DNA of 64,000 bases from an uncultured Pseudomonadota bacterium (lineage in GTDB: Bacteria > Pseudomonadota > Gammaproteobacteria > Steroidobacterales > Steroidobacteraceae), in the NCBI GenBank assembly GCA_963716335.1, contig OY970302.1, forward strand, positions 3,655,302 through 3,719,301. Reading direction: 5' to 3'. The notes under the pieces are model-generated. The model made no database searches, was not told where the DNA came from, and saw only the letters and a list, made by a program, of their open reading frames with translations. The position numbers and the translations under genes were made by a program. Shown in pieces: positions 19,408-27,820 of the stretch (its first letter is position 1; each line of letters starts with the position of its first letter).

Positions 19408-19866
19408 TCAGCGGCCGTGTCGTCTGTCCCGCAATGCCTTCTCCGTGGCATGCATCGCAGCATCGACATGTCCGATCGCGCGATTGCGCAGTCCCTTCGT
19501 CATCGGATCATCCTCTTCGCGCGCCACGTCGGAATGCGCCTCGCGCAGCAGCTCCAGCGCTTTGTGCAACCGCCCGGGCCGATCGTCGGGTCCGGCTTTG
19601 GGATGATCGTGGAGATCCTTGCCGTCGTCGATCGCTGCGCGTTTCATCTCACCGATCGCCGCATCGATTTGCGTGACGGCTGCGTCCTCTTCGGCAGTCA
19701 CCGCTGCATCCCCGGGACGATGCTCGAGCATCCAGCGCGCGGTACGCAGATCGGACAGGGCATGCAGATAGAACGGATGCTTACCCGGTGCATCGGCATT
19801 GGCGGCAAGCGGTGCCAGCGCCAACAGCAATCCAGAGAGCGCCAGCTTGTATCTCAGGTTCATCAT
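19408..19866 (-). CDS. Secreted hypothetical protein (helical, His/Asp-rich)
   Basis: Clear signal peptide MMNLRYKLALSGLLLALAPLAANADA. Consistent codon bias. No family recognised. Confidence 0.65.
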   Translation of the reverse strand: MMNLRYKLALSGLLLALAPLAANADAPGKHPFYLHALSDLRTARWMLEHRPGDAAVTAEEDAAVTQIDAAIGEMKRAAIDDGKDLHDHPKAGPDDRPGRLHKALELLREAHSDVAREEDDPMTKGLRNRAIGHVDAAMHATEKALRDRRHGR

Positions 19867-20074
19867 CGGTTCCTCGTTGAATGGGTCAAGATGAGGGGCG
19901 ACACGCGGCCAGTATCGAGTGCGGAAGTTAACCGCGAGCTGAACGTCGGGCTGCCGGCATTATGACAACGATGCTTTCCGCCTCAGAGAATTTGCCTGCA
20001 CGGACCATATCGACGATGGCGTTGGATGCGGCGGTGAGTCCGTCGGATTCATCGTCGACGCAGTTCCGTGGCCC

Positions 20075-20374
20075 TTACTGGGGCCCCTTCGATGGCGTCT
20101 TCCAGGAGCTCTCCACGAGGTGAACGTTGTGTAGGAGGGCCCGCTTGCTTGGTTTGCTTTCCTGGGGATCTCTCGTTTTCCGATCGCTGAACAGGCGATC
20201 GAGGTCGGCGTCGATCGCGATGAGATTCTCCCGCGCCGTCTGACAGGTAGTCCCCGCTTGCAGGGCCCGAACAAGTGCACGCGCCTTCTGCAAAGCGGCG
20301 GGGTCCTCGCCCGGCCCTAAGACAATCATCCGGCGCAGCTGACCACACAGTCGTACAGCGGCCTCCCGGTCCAT
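20075..20374 (-). CDS. Hypothetical protein (weak call)
   Basis: ORF MDREAAVRLCGQLRRMIVLGPGEDPAALQKARALVRALQAG... lies immediately downstream of the tRNA-Leu 3' end. Codon bias is only moderate, the composition is atypical, and there is no motif. Confidence 0.3.
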   Translation of the reverse strand: MDREAAVRLCGQLRRMIVLGPGEDPAALQKARALVRALQAGTTCQTARENLIAIDADLDRLFSDRKTRDPQESKPSKRALLHNVHLVESSWKTPSKGPQ

Positions 20375-20472
20375 TCCCGCTCCCCGTGAAAAGCCCGATG
20401 CACGATCCAAATGCTGCCAGGAACGCTGAGTTCCCATGAGGGCGCGCCGAGGAGCGCGGCGAGGGAAATAAA

Positions 20473-20806
20473 TGGTGCCCGGGGCCGGAGTCGAACCGGC
20501 ATGGGGTTGCCCCCGAGGGATTTTCGTACCCGCTACAGCTTTCGCTGCTGCACGCGGCAGCGTGCATTTGGGGTCTGGACTTTACCTTTGCCGTGTCACG
20601 GCTGCGCTCGAGCCGCGAGGTAGGCAGGGGCCGTCAAGTCTCTACACTTTCCCGCAGCCCGCAGGCGCTGTCGGGCTTAGCTCGGTATTGCAGCCACCCT
20701 GACGTGCTGCTGGTTCACCGACTTTGACCCCATTCACACCGGCCGTTTCCGCCCCGGGTGCTCAATTGTTCAAGTCCCTTGCGTCTACCGATTTCGCCAC
20801 CCGGGC
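20473..20806 (-). tRNA. leuZ: tRNA-Leu (anticodon UAA), split gene: 5' exon 20806-20772, 3' exon 20524-20473, interrupted by a group I intron
   Basis: The joined exons GCCCGGGUGGCGAAAUCGGUAGACGCAAGGGACUU + AAAAUCCCUCGGGGGCAACCCCAUGCCGGUUCGACUCCGGCCCCGGGCACCA give an 87-nt class II tRNA. It has acceptor GCCCGGG/CCCGGGC, D stem GCG/CGC, anticodon stem AGGGA/UCCCU, loop CUUAAAA, variable arm GGGG-GCAA-CCCC, T arm GCCGG-UUCGACU-CCGGC, discriminator A and an encoded CCA. Confidence 0.9.
20525..20771 (-). ncRNA. Group I intron (IC3-like, ORF-less, 247 nt) inserted between U34 and A35 of tRNA-Leu(UAA)
   Basis: P1 can form as exon CUU + intron GA paired with UUGAG, with a U.G wobble at the 5' splice site. 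The intron ends in G directly before the 3' exon. Core strings GUGUAGAGACUUGACGG, GGUAAAGUCCAGA and CAGCAGCGAAAGCUGUAGCGGGUACG closely resemble (from memory) the P7/J8-7/P9 core of the Anabaena/plastid trnL(UAA) intron. Confidence 0.85.
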
Positions 20807-20996
20807 ATCGGGTGCGCAGTGATTCTACTAAAAGGGCGCCGCCGCAGAACGCCCTTCCAGCCGAGCCCGCGTACTCGGTCAAGCCGGGCTCCCGCGCAGG
20901 ACATCCGGACCGCGTTCACGTCCCGAAGCGTGAGTGGTAGCGCTAAGCCACTGAATTTGCGAGACTCGCGCGCCTCCATTGCCATCGTCGGGTCCC

Positions 20997-21614
20997 ATGA
21001 CCGAGCGTTCCCTGCAAGCCGAAAACCTGCATTTGTGGCGCGGGGATCGGCACGTTCTGCGCGGCCTCGAGTTTTCGGTGCATCCGGGGGAGTGTCTGCA
21101 GGTGACCGGGGCCAATGGCTCGGGCAAGACGAGCTTGCTGCGGACACTGAGCGGACTGATGTACCCGGAAGAGGGCGCCGTGTGCTGGGGGGGGGTCGAC
21201 ATCCGCAAGGATCTGGTGACCTTCTGCCTCGATCTTGCCTATATCGGCCATGAACCCCCACTGAAAGTGGATCTTTCGGCGCGCGAGAACCTGCATTACT
21301 GGGTAGGTCTGCGGCGGGCGCTCTCGAGGCACGAGATCGACTCGGGCCTCGATCGCGTCGGGGCACAACAATGGGGCGCACGACCCGTGCGCACGCTGTC
21401 TGCCGGACAGAAGCGACGGGTGGCCTTGGCCGGGCTGGCTCTCATGGGCGCGCCCCTCTGGCTTCTGGATGAGCCCAACACCAACCTCGACTCGGAGGGA
21501 CAGCATCTCATGACCTCACTCATCTGCGAACACGTTGCAGGCGGCGGAGTGGTCGTCGCGGCGGTTCATCAGCCGTTGGCGCTGAGCGCCAGATCGCTGG
21601 ACCTGGGCGTCTGA
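20997..21614 (+). CDS. ccmA: Heme exporter ATP-binding protein CcmA
   Basis: Walker A GANGSGKTSLLR, signature LSAGQKRRVAL, Walker B LWLLDEP. First gene of the ccm operon. Confidence 0.93.
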   Translation: MTERSLQAENLHLWRGDRHVLRGLEFSVHPGECLQVTGANGSGKTSLLRTLSGLMYPEEGAVCWGGVDIRKDLVTFCLDLAYIGHEPPLKVDLSARENLHYWVGLRRALSRHEIDSGLDRVGAQQWGARPVRTLSAGQKRRVALAGLALMGAPLWLLDEPNTNLDSEGQHLMTSLICEHVAGGGVVVAAVHQPLALSARSLDLGV

Positions 21615-21618
21615 GCGG

Positions 21619-22329
21619 ATGGGTGCCTCCATCCTCGAAGTGGGTCGGACGGGTGTCTCGCCCATCGCTGCGGCACAGCGGATGGTCGCCCGCGATTTGC
21701 GCCTCGCCTTCCGCAAGCGTGGACAACTCGTACAGCCGCTCGCCTTTTTCGCCATCGTGACGACGTTGTTCCCGCTCGCGGTGTCGCCGGAACTGTCGCG
21801 CTTACGCGACGTCGCTCCCGGCGTGATATGGGTCGCCGCCCTGTTGTCTTCATTGCTGGGGCTGGAGTTCCTGTTTCGCGACGACGCGCACGACGGGACG
21901 CTCGAGCAACACGTCCTCTCGGGTCAATCCCTGGGCTGGCTGCTGTTCGCCAAGGCCGTTGCTCACTGGCTCGTCACCGGTGTGCCGCTTGCGTTGATGG
22001 CGCCGTGCGCGGGCCTGGCGCTGGGCGTGCCGCTGGCTTCGATCGGCGGAATCGTCGCCTCCGTCGCACTGGGCAGCGTGACATTGAGTATGATCGGGGC
22101 CATCGGTGCGGCCCTGACCCTGGGGGTCCGGCGCAGCGGCGCGCTGCTTTCCCTGCTGACTTTGCCGCTATCGATGCCCGTGCTGATCTTCGGGGCACGC
22201 GCCACCGAGCTGGCGGTCAAAGGACTGGGGTTCGCGCCACCCCTGTACCTACTTGCGGCCCTGGCGGTGCTCGGCGTCACCCTCGCGCCACTGGCAGCCG
22301 CCGTAGCCGTACGGATCAGTCTGGAGTGA
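21619..22329 (+). CDS. ccmB: Heme exporter permease CcmB
   Basis: ...VTTLFPLAVSPE...APGVIWVAALLSSLLGLEFLFRDDAHDGTLEQ... aligns closely with E. coli CcmB (IIWVAALLSSLLALERLFRDD). Confidence 0.92.
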   Translation: MGASILEVGRTGVSPIAAAQRMVARDLRLAFRKRGQLVQPLAFFAIVTTLFPLAVSPELSRLRDVAPGVIWVAALLSSLLGLEFLFRDDAHDGTLEQHVLSGQSLGWLLFAKAVAHWLVTGVPLALMAPCAGLALGVPLASIGGIVASVALGSVTLSMIGAIGAALTLGVRRSGALLSLLTLPLSMPVLIFGARATELAVKGLGFAPPLYLLAALAVLGVTLAPLAAAVAVRISLE

Positions 22330-22345
22330 AGTGAGCGAGCAAACA

Positions 22346-23083
22346 ATGGCCTGGACCTGGTTTCATCGGTTGGGCTCGCCGCCGCACGTGTACGCAATCG
22401 CGCGCCGGCTGACACCCTGGTTCGGCTGGGCCGCCGCGGTTGCGATCGTGGCCGGGCTGTACGGCGGACTGCTGTTGGCGCCTCCCGATTACCAGCAGGG
22501 GGACGACTTTCGCATCATCTACGTCCACGCGCCGAGCGCGTGGATGTCGCTGATGGTGTACACGACGATGGCGGTATCCGCGGCGGTCGGCTTGATCTGG
22601 CGCATGAAGGTCGCGCATGCCTTCGCGGCGAGCTGCGCCCCGATCGGCGCATCGTTCACATTCGCAGCGCTTGTGACCGGCTCGCTCTGGGGCGAGCGCA
22701 TGTGGGGCACGTACTGGGAATGGGATCCGCGGCTCACCTCGGAGCTCATTCTCCTTTTTCTCTATCTGGGGTACATGGGTTTGCGCTCGGCAGTGGGTGA
22801 TATCCAGCGGGCGGACCGTGCGAGCGCAGTCCTGGCTGTAGTGGGGATCGTGAACGTGCCGATCATTCATTATTCGGTGCTGTGGTGGAACTCCCTGCAT
22901 CAGGCGCCGTCTGTCATGCAGCTCGGCAGGCCCACGATGCCTGCGGCCATGCTCGTGCCCTTGCTGATCATGCTGCTCGGATTCACGTTGCTGTTCGTAG
23001 CTTTGCTGCTCGTGCGCGTCCGGGCCGAGATCCTCGACCGGGAGCGCGCGGCGAGCTGGGTTGCCGAGGCAGTGGCATCGTGA
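22346..23083 (+). CDS. ccmC: Heme exporter / heme lyase subunit CcmC
   Basis: MAWTWFHRLGSPPHVY... aligns with the E. coli CcmC N-terminus. WGxxWxWD tryptophan-rich motif (WGTYWEWDPRLTSE) and conserved IHYSVLWWNSLHQ. A GTG at 22331 is an alternative start. Confidence 0.92.
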   Translation: MAWTWFHRLGSPPHVYAIARRLTPWFGWAAAVAIVAGLYGGLLLAPPDYQQGDDFRIIYVHAPSAWMSLMVYTTMAVSAAVGLIWRMKVAHAFAASCAPIGASFTFAALVTGSLWGERMWGTYWEWDPRLTSELILLFLYLGYMGLRSAVGDIQRADRASAVLAVVGIVNVPIIHYSVLWWNSLHQAPSVMQLGRPTMPAAMLVPLLIMLLGFTLLFVALLLVRVRAEILDRERAASWVAEAVAS

Positions 23084-23241
23084 GCGGATTTTTCGAAATG
23101 GGCGGCTACGCCGCGTACGTGTGGCCCTCGTACGGACTCACGTTGGTCGTCATCGTGCTGAACATCCTGGGCGCGCGGCGACTGCTCGCGAAATCGCGCG
23201 AAGCGGCGCGACAGCGCTGTGCCATGCGGAGTGAACGATGA
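23080..23241 (+). CDS. ccmD: Heme exporter small subunit CcmD
   Basis: 53-aa VSGFFEMGGYAAYVWPSYGLTLVVIVLNILGARRLL... matches E. coli CcmD (FFAMGGYAFFVW). GTG start in a GTGA overlap with the ccmC stop; ATGA overlap with the ccmE start. Hidden inside the longer 119-aa ORF of the track. Confidence 0.85.
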   Translation: MSGFFEMGGYAAYVWPSYGLTLVVIVLNILGARRLLAKSREAARQRCAMRSER

Positions 23242-23684
23242 CTGCCCGCAAGCGGCGCATGATCCTGGTGTTCGGCATCCTTGCCGGAGTGAGCGTTGCC
23301 GGGGCGCTGGCCCTGACTGCATTCCGGCAGAACGTCACCTTCTTCTTCGATCCGAGCCAGGTCGCCGCCGGTCAGGTTTTGGCGGGCGAGCGCTTTCGCC
23401 TCGGCGGCATGGTGACCAAAGGCAGTGTGCAGCGCGCGCCCGGAAGCCTCGAGGTGCATTTCGTCGTCACCGACTTCAAGCACGACATCCCCGTGACCTA
23501 CACGGGCGTGCTGCCGGACCTGTTTCGCGAAGGTCAGGGCGTGATCGCCCATGGGCGAATGCAGGGGTCTACGTTCGTTGCGGACGAGGTCCTGGCCAAA
23601 CACGACGAGAAATACATGCCGCCCGCGGTGGCGCGATCGCTGAAACAGAGGCCCGCCGCAACGACCGGCAGCGCAGGCATGTGA
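23238..23684 (+). CDS. ccmE: Cytochrome c-type biogenesis heme chaperone CcmE
   Basis: TM anchor, RLGGMV, and the heme-binding His context LAKHDEKYMPP (H130-DENY-like). Confidence 0.93.
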   Translation: MTARKRRMILVFGILAGVSVAGALALTAFRQNVTFFFDPSQVAAGQVLAGERFRLGGMVTKGSVQRAPGSLEVHFVVTDFKHDIPVTYTGVLPDLFREGQGVIAHGRMQGSTFVADEVLAKHDEKYMPPAVARSLKQRPAATTGSAGM

Positions 23685-25669
23685 TGCTCCCGGAACTGGG
23701 CCATTTCGCTCTGATCCTGGCGCTGCTGCTCGCCGGGTTACAGGCGTTTTTCGGCATCGCAGGCCCCGCGACGGGACGTGAGCGCTGGTGCGCCGTGGTT
23801 GTGCCTGCAGTCGCCGGTCAGTTCGTCATGATCGGCACCGCCGTGGCCTGCCTCATTGCCTCGTTCATCGCGAATGATTTCTCGGTCACCTACATCGCGG
23901 AGAATTCCAACTCGGCGCTGCCACTCTTCTATCGCATCACGGCGATGTGGGGCGCGCACGAAGGCTCGCTGCTGCTGTGGATCTTCCTGCTGAGCTGCTG
24001 GACGGTGGCCGTTGCCATCAGCGCCTCGCGACTGCCGCCGCGCTTTGCCGCCCGCGTGCTGGGCGTACTGGGGCTGGTGAGCTTCGGCTTTCTGCTATTC
24101 ACATTGGCCACCTCGAATCCGTTCCTGCGTCTGGAGCCGCCCGCAGCCGATGGCCGCGACCTCAATCCGATCCTGCAGGACCCGGCGCTCGCCATTCATC
24201 CGCCGATCCTGTACACCGGCTATGTTGGTTTCGCGGTCGCCTTTGCATTTGCCTGCGCCGCGATGCTGGAAGGGCACCTGGATCAGATGTGGGCGCGCTG
24301 GACGCGTCCGTGGACGACGGCCGCGTGGGCATTCCTCACGATCGGAATCTCGCTGGGGAGCTGGTGGGCGTACTACGAGCTTGGCTGGGGTGGCTACTGG
24401 TTCTGGGATCCGGTGGAGAATGCCTCCTTCATGCCCTGGCTTGTGGGCACTGCGCTCATTCACTCCCTCGCCGTGACGGAGAAGCGCGGATTGTTCAGAA
24501 GCTGGACCCTGCTGCTCGCCATTCTCGCGTTCTCACTGAGCTTGCTCGGCACCTTCCTGGTGCGTTCCGGCGTGCTGGTCTCGGTGCACTCGTTCGCCGC
24601 CGATCCCACGCGGGGCATCTTCATTCTGGCGTTCCTGATCATCATGATCGGCGGGGCGCTCACGCTGTACGCGTGGCGCGCGCCGCTGCTGAAATCCTCC
24701 GCAGGATTCGATCTGGGCGCGCGCGAGTCGTTTCTGCTTTTCAACAACATCCTGCTGGTGATCGCAGCGGCCACGGTGTTCGGCGGCACCCTGGCGCCGC
24801 TCATCTCCGACTCGCTGAAACTTGGCACGCTCTCGGTCGGGGCCCCGTATTTCAATCCGACGTTCATGCTTTCCATGCTGCCGCTGCTGGCGCTGCTGTC
24901 CGTGGGAATTCATGCCTCCTGGAAACGGGGCCGGCTCAGCGACAAGCGCCGCGTGCTGCTGCTGACGCTGGTGGCCGCCGGCATCGCCGCCGTAATCCTC
25001 GTATACGTCGTTTACTCACATGCCAAGGTGCTCAGCCCGGTTGGCGCAGCGCTCGGTGTCTGGATCATCCTTTCCTCGCTCATCGAGCCGATCGACCGTC
25101 TGCGCCGCCGGATCGCGCTTCCCAGGGGAATGCTCGGAATGACGCTCGCCCACATCGGGCTGGGCATTTTCGTCATCTCCCTGACCACGGTGGAGTCGTT
25201 CACGGTGGAGCGCGATGCGGCGCTGGCCCGGGGAGAGCGCGCCGTGGTCGGCAATTACGAGTTCCGTTTCGATGGGGTCAGAAACATCGAGGGCCCGAAT
25301 TACGGCGGTGTGGAGGGCACCATCGTGGTGACACGGCACGGCAAACCGACGAGTACCCTGTATCCGCAGAAGCGCCAGTACTGGGTGCAGCGCTCGGTCA
25401 CGACCGAGGCCGCCATCGAGATGCATCACGGCAGCAATCTGTTCGTGGCACTGGGCGAACAGCTCGGCGCGGGCAAGTGGAGCATCCGCTTTCAGGTACG
25501 ACCGCTCGTCAATTTCATCTGGCTCGGCGCCCTGATCATGGCCATCGGCGGCGCAGTCGCCGCAAGCGATCGGCGTTACCGCGCGCTCGCTGAGGCCGCA
25601 AGCGTGCGTGCCGCCCCGGCGCCAGCGGACGCCACCCCTGCCACACCTGCCGGTGAGGCGGCGAGATGA
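23684..25669 (+). CDS. ccmF: Cytochrome c heme lyase subunit CcmF
   Basis: MLPELGHFALILAL... N-terminus, WGAHEGS, and WWAYYELGWGGYWFWDPVENASFMPW (WWD motif). 661 aa. ATG overlaps the ccmE stop by 1 nt (TGATG). The 816-aa extension is rejected. Confidence 0.93.
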   Translation: MLPELGHFALILALLLAGLQAFFGIAGPATGRERWCAVVVPAVAGQFVMIGTAVACLIASFIANDFSVTYIAENSNSALPLFYRITAMWGAHEGSLLLWIFLLSCWTVAVAISASRLPPRFAARVLGVLGLVSFGFLLFTLATSNPFLRLEPPAADGRDLNPILQDPALAIHPPILYTGYVGFAVAFAFACAAMLEGHLDQMWARWTRPWTTAAWAFLTIGISLGSWWAYYELGWGGYWFWDPVENASFMPWLVGTALIHSLAVTEKRGLFRSWTLLLAILAFSLSLLGTFLVRSGVLVSVHSFAADPTRGIFILAFLIIMIGGALTLYAWRAPLLKSSAGFDLGARESFLLFNNILLVIAAATVFGGTLAPLISDSLKLGTLSVGAPYFNPTFMLSMLPLLALLSVGIHASWKRGRLSDKRRVLLLTLVAAGIAAVILVYVVYSHAKVLSPVGAALGVWIILSSLIEPIDRLRRRIALPRGMLGMTLAHIGLGIFVISLTTVESFTVERDAALARGERAVVGNYEFRFDGVRNIEGPNYGGVEGTIVVTRHGKPTSTLYPQKRQYWVQRSVTTEAAIEMHHGSNLFVALGEQLGAGKWSIRFQVRPLVNFIWLGALIMAIGGAVAASDRRYRALAEAASVRAAPAPADATPATPAGEAAR

Positions 25670-26205
25670 ACCGGTTCATCGTGCCGCTGGGGGTGTTCGC
25701 GCTGCTCGCCATCGTACTGGCGATCGGCATCAAACATTCCCCCGACAAGGGTGCGATCGCCTCGCCGCTGATTGGCAAGCCTGCGCCGCAATTCGCTCTG
25801 CCGGTACTGACGGATGCGCGCCGGACCTTTCGTTCGACGGAGCTGAAGGGCCGCTGGTACGTCTTCAACGTCTGGGGCACCTGGTGCGTCGCCTGTCGCG
25901 AAGAGCACAACGTGCTGCTGAAAATTCGCCAGACGGGGCTCGTTCCCGTCATCGGACTCGACTGGCGCGACCAGGACGCCCAGGCGCTCGACTGGCTCAC
26001 GCAGTCCGGCAACCCCTACGAGGTCGTGGCCGTGGATCGAGACGGCCGCACGGCAATCGATTGGGGCGTGTACGGAGCGCCGGAGACCTTTCTGGTCGAC
26101 CCGCACGGCATCGTCGTCTACAAATTCATCGGTCCGATGACCCTGGATGTGTGGCAATCCGAATTTGTCCGGCGGGTGCGGTCGGGCAAGGCGACGAACT
26201 CGTGA
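25666..26205 (+). CDS. ccmG: Thiol:disulfide interchange protein DsbE/CcmG
   Basis: TM anchor, thioredoxin motif NVWGTWCVACREEH and GVYGAPETFLVD. ATGA overlap with ccmF. Confidence 0.93.
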   Translation: MNRFIVPLGVFALLAIVLAIGIKHSPDKGAIASPLIGKPAPQFALPVLTDARRTFRSTELKGRWYVFNVWGTWCVACREEHNVLLKIRQTGLVPVIGLDWRDQDAQALDWLTQSGNPYEVVAVDRDGRTAIDWGVYGAPETFLVDPHGIVVYKFIGPMTLDVWQSEFVRRVRSGKATNS

Positions 26206-26687
26206 GTGTTGGCACACGGTGGCATCTGGCGAACGCATACCGGGCAGTGATTCCTAGATCATTGGCATGTCTAGCGGTCACATTGCTGGTGATCTCGCCC
26301 GCACACGCCATCGACACCACGCAGCTGCCCGATCCTGCGCTGCAGGCCCGGTATCTGCAGCTGACGCACGAGCTGCGCTGTATGCAATGCCAGAACGAAT
26401 CGATCGCGGACTCGCCGGTGGATCTTGCCGCGGACCTGCGACGCGAAGTGCGCGAGATGCTGCTCGCCGGCAAGTCCGACGACGATGTGCGCAACTTCAT
26501 GGTGGCCCGCTACGGGGAGTTCATTCTGTTCCGACCGCGCTTTTCGCCCCGCAATGCATGGTTGTGGCTGACCCCCGGGGTTCTGCTGCTCACCGGTGTA
26601 CTCATCGCCGTGCGCATTCTGCGGCAGCGCGCTGCACTCGTCGGTAAGGAGGACGAGCCGCTCGAAGAGGATCTCGGCTCCTCATGA
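26202..26687 (+). CDS. ccmH: Cytochrome c-type biogenesis protein CcmH (CycL)
   Basis: LRCMQCQNESIADS (LRCxxC motif) followed by a TM segment. GTG start in a GTGA overlap with the ccmG stop. Confidence 0.88.
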   Translation: MSVGTRWHLANAYRAVIPRSLACLAVTLLVISPAHAIDTTQLPDPALQARYLQLTHELRCMQCQNESIADSPVDLAADLRREVREMLLAGKSDDDVRNFMVARYGEFILFRPRFSPRNAWLWLTPGVLLLTGVLIAVRILRQRAALVGKEDEPLEEDLGSS

Positions 26688-27742
26688 TCACCTTCGTGTT
26701 GCTCGCCGCCGCGCTCACCGCTGCCGGCGTGGCCCTTGTGGCCGTGCCCTTGTTGCGGCGCGGTTCGGGGCCATCTTCGCCAGCCCCATGGGCCGCCGTG
26801 GCGGCGACCGGTGTGCTGGTCGTCGGCTCGACCGTGCTGTACGGCTTGTGGAGCAACTGGCACTGGAGCACCGCGCCGGCGGCCGACAGTCCGCAAACGA
26901 TGGTGGCGCGACTTGCGCGCAAGCTCGAAAGTAACCCGAACGATCTGAGCGGCTGGCTGATGCTCGGCCGTTCCTACATCGTTCTGCAGCAATATCCGCT
27001 GGCGGGCCGCGCTTTCCGTCGGGCCGATCAACTCGCCGGGGGTAGAAGTGCCGATGCGCTGATCGGGCAGGCCGAAGCGCTCGCCATGGCGGATGAAACC
27101 GAGCTCGATCGGCGCGCCGGCCGCCTCGTCGAGCAGGCACTCGCACTGGATCCCAAGTCCGGCAAGGCGCTGTTCTTCGGTGCTGCGGTGGCACTGCACC
27201 GCAACGATCTGCCGCTGGCGCGCGATCGGTTCGCCCGGCTCCTGGCCCTCAATCCCCCCGACAACATCAAGCCCATGCTGCAGCAGCAGATTGCCGCCCT
27301 GGACCGGCAGATCGCCGCAAACGCATCCGGGAATCGCGCACCGTCGACCGTTGCTGGCAGCCCGATCCCGGCCGCCGCCGCCAGTGGGCCCAACGCTGCG
27401 GCTGCGACCGTCCGCATCAACGTCGTGTTGGCGCCTGACCTGTCGGGATCGGTAGCCGGCGGCGCGCCTCTTTTCGTCTTCGTGCGCGATCCGGCCCGAC
27501 CTGGGCCACCGCTCGCGGTAAAGCGGCTGCAGAGTCATTTCCCACAGACGGTGGAGCTCTCGGCGGCCGATTCCATGCTGCCCGGGCGCGCCATCGCCGC
27601 CGGACAGAAAGTGCAGGTCGTCGCGCGCATCGCGCGCTCCGGCAATCCCGTCGGTGCCACGGGGGATCCGTTCGGCGAGATCCCCTATCTGGTCGGACAC
27701 GATGGACTCACCAACATCGTCATCGACCGACTCACCCCGTGA
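26684..27742 (+). CDS. ccmI: c-type cytochrome biogenesis protein CcmI (CycH), TPR protein
   Basis: Two N-terminal TM segments, then TPR-like LSGWLMLGRSYIVLQQYPLAGRAFRRA... ATGA overlap with ccmH. Last gene of the operon. Confidence 0.85.
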   Translation: MITFVLLAAALTAAGVALVAVPLLRRGSGPSSPAPWAAVAATGVLVVGSTVLYGLWSNWHWSTAPAADSPQTMVARLARKLESNPNDLSGWLMLGRSYIVLQQYPLAGRAFRRADQLAGGRSADALIGQAEALAMADETELDRRAGRLVEQALALDPKSGKALFFGAAVALHRNDLPLARDRFARLLALNPPDNIKPMLQQQIAALDRQIAANASGNRAPSTVAGSPIPAAAASGPNAAAATVRINVVLAPDLSGSVAGGAPLFVFVRDPARPGPPLAVKRLQSHFPQTVELSAADSMLPGRAIAAGQKVQVVARIARSGNPVGATGDPFGEIPYLVGHDGLTNIVIDRLTP

Positions 27743-27820
27743 GCCCGGGGGAAGACGGCGCGCTGCGCCGCTTCGGTGCCTGCGCTGGCGATTCGAAACC
27801 GGAATGATAGAGTCGCCCGC

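Noticed and set aside
20049-20702. Track ORFs 20049-20567 (-), 20411-20623 (+) and 20472-20702 (+), which overlap the tRNA-Leu/intron locus.
   Set aside because: They overlap a structured RNA gene, have Arg/Pro/Gly-rich low-complexity translations, and lack start context. They are artefacts of open frames in GC-rich DNA.
20473-20806. First impression was that the ...GGTTCGACTCCGGCCCCGGGCACCA 3' end belonged to a tmRNA (ssrA) or another structured RNA such as RNase P RNA.
   Set aside because: - There is no tag-peptide reading frame (no ...ALAA stop) and no GGGGCUGAUUCUGGAUUCGAC-type 5' end.
- The RNase P hallmark GGAAAGUCCGGGC is absent.
- The two ends instead form a complete tRNA-Leu(UAA) once 247 nt with group I features are removed.
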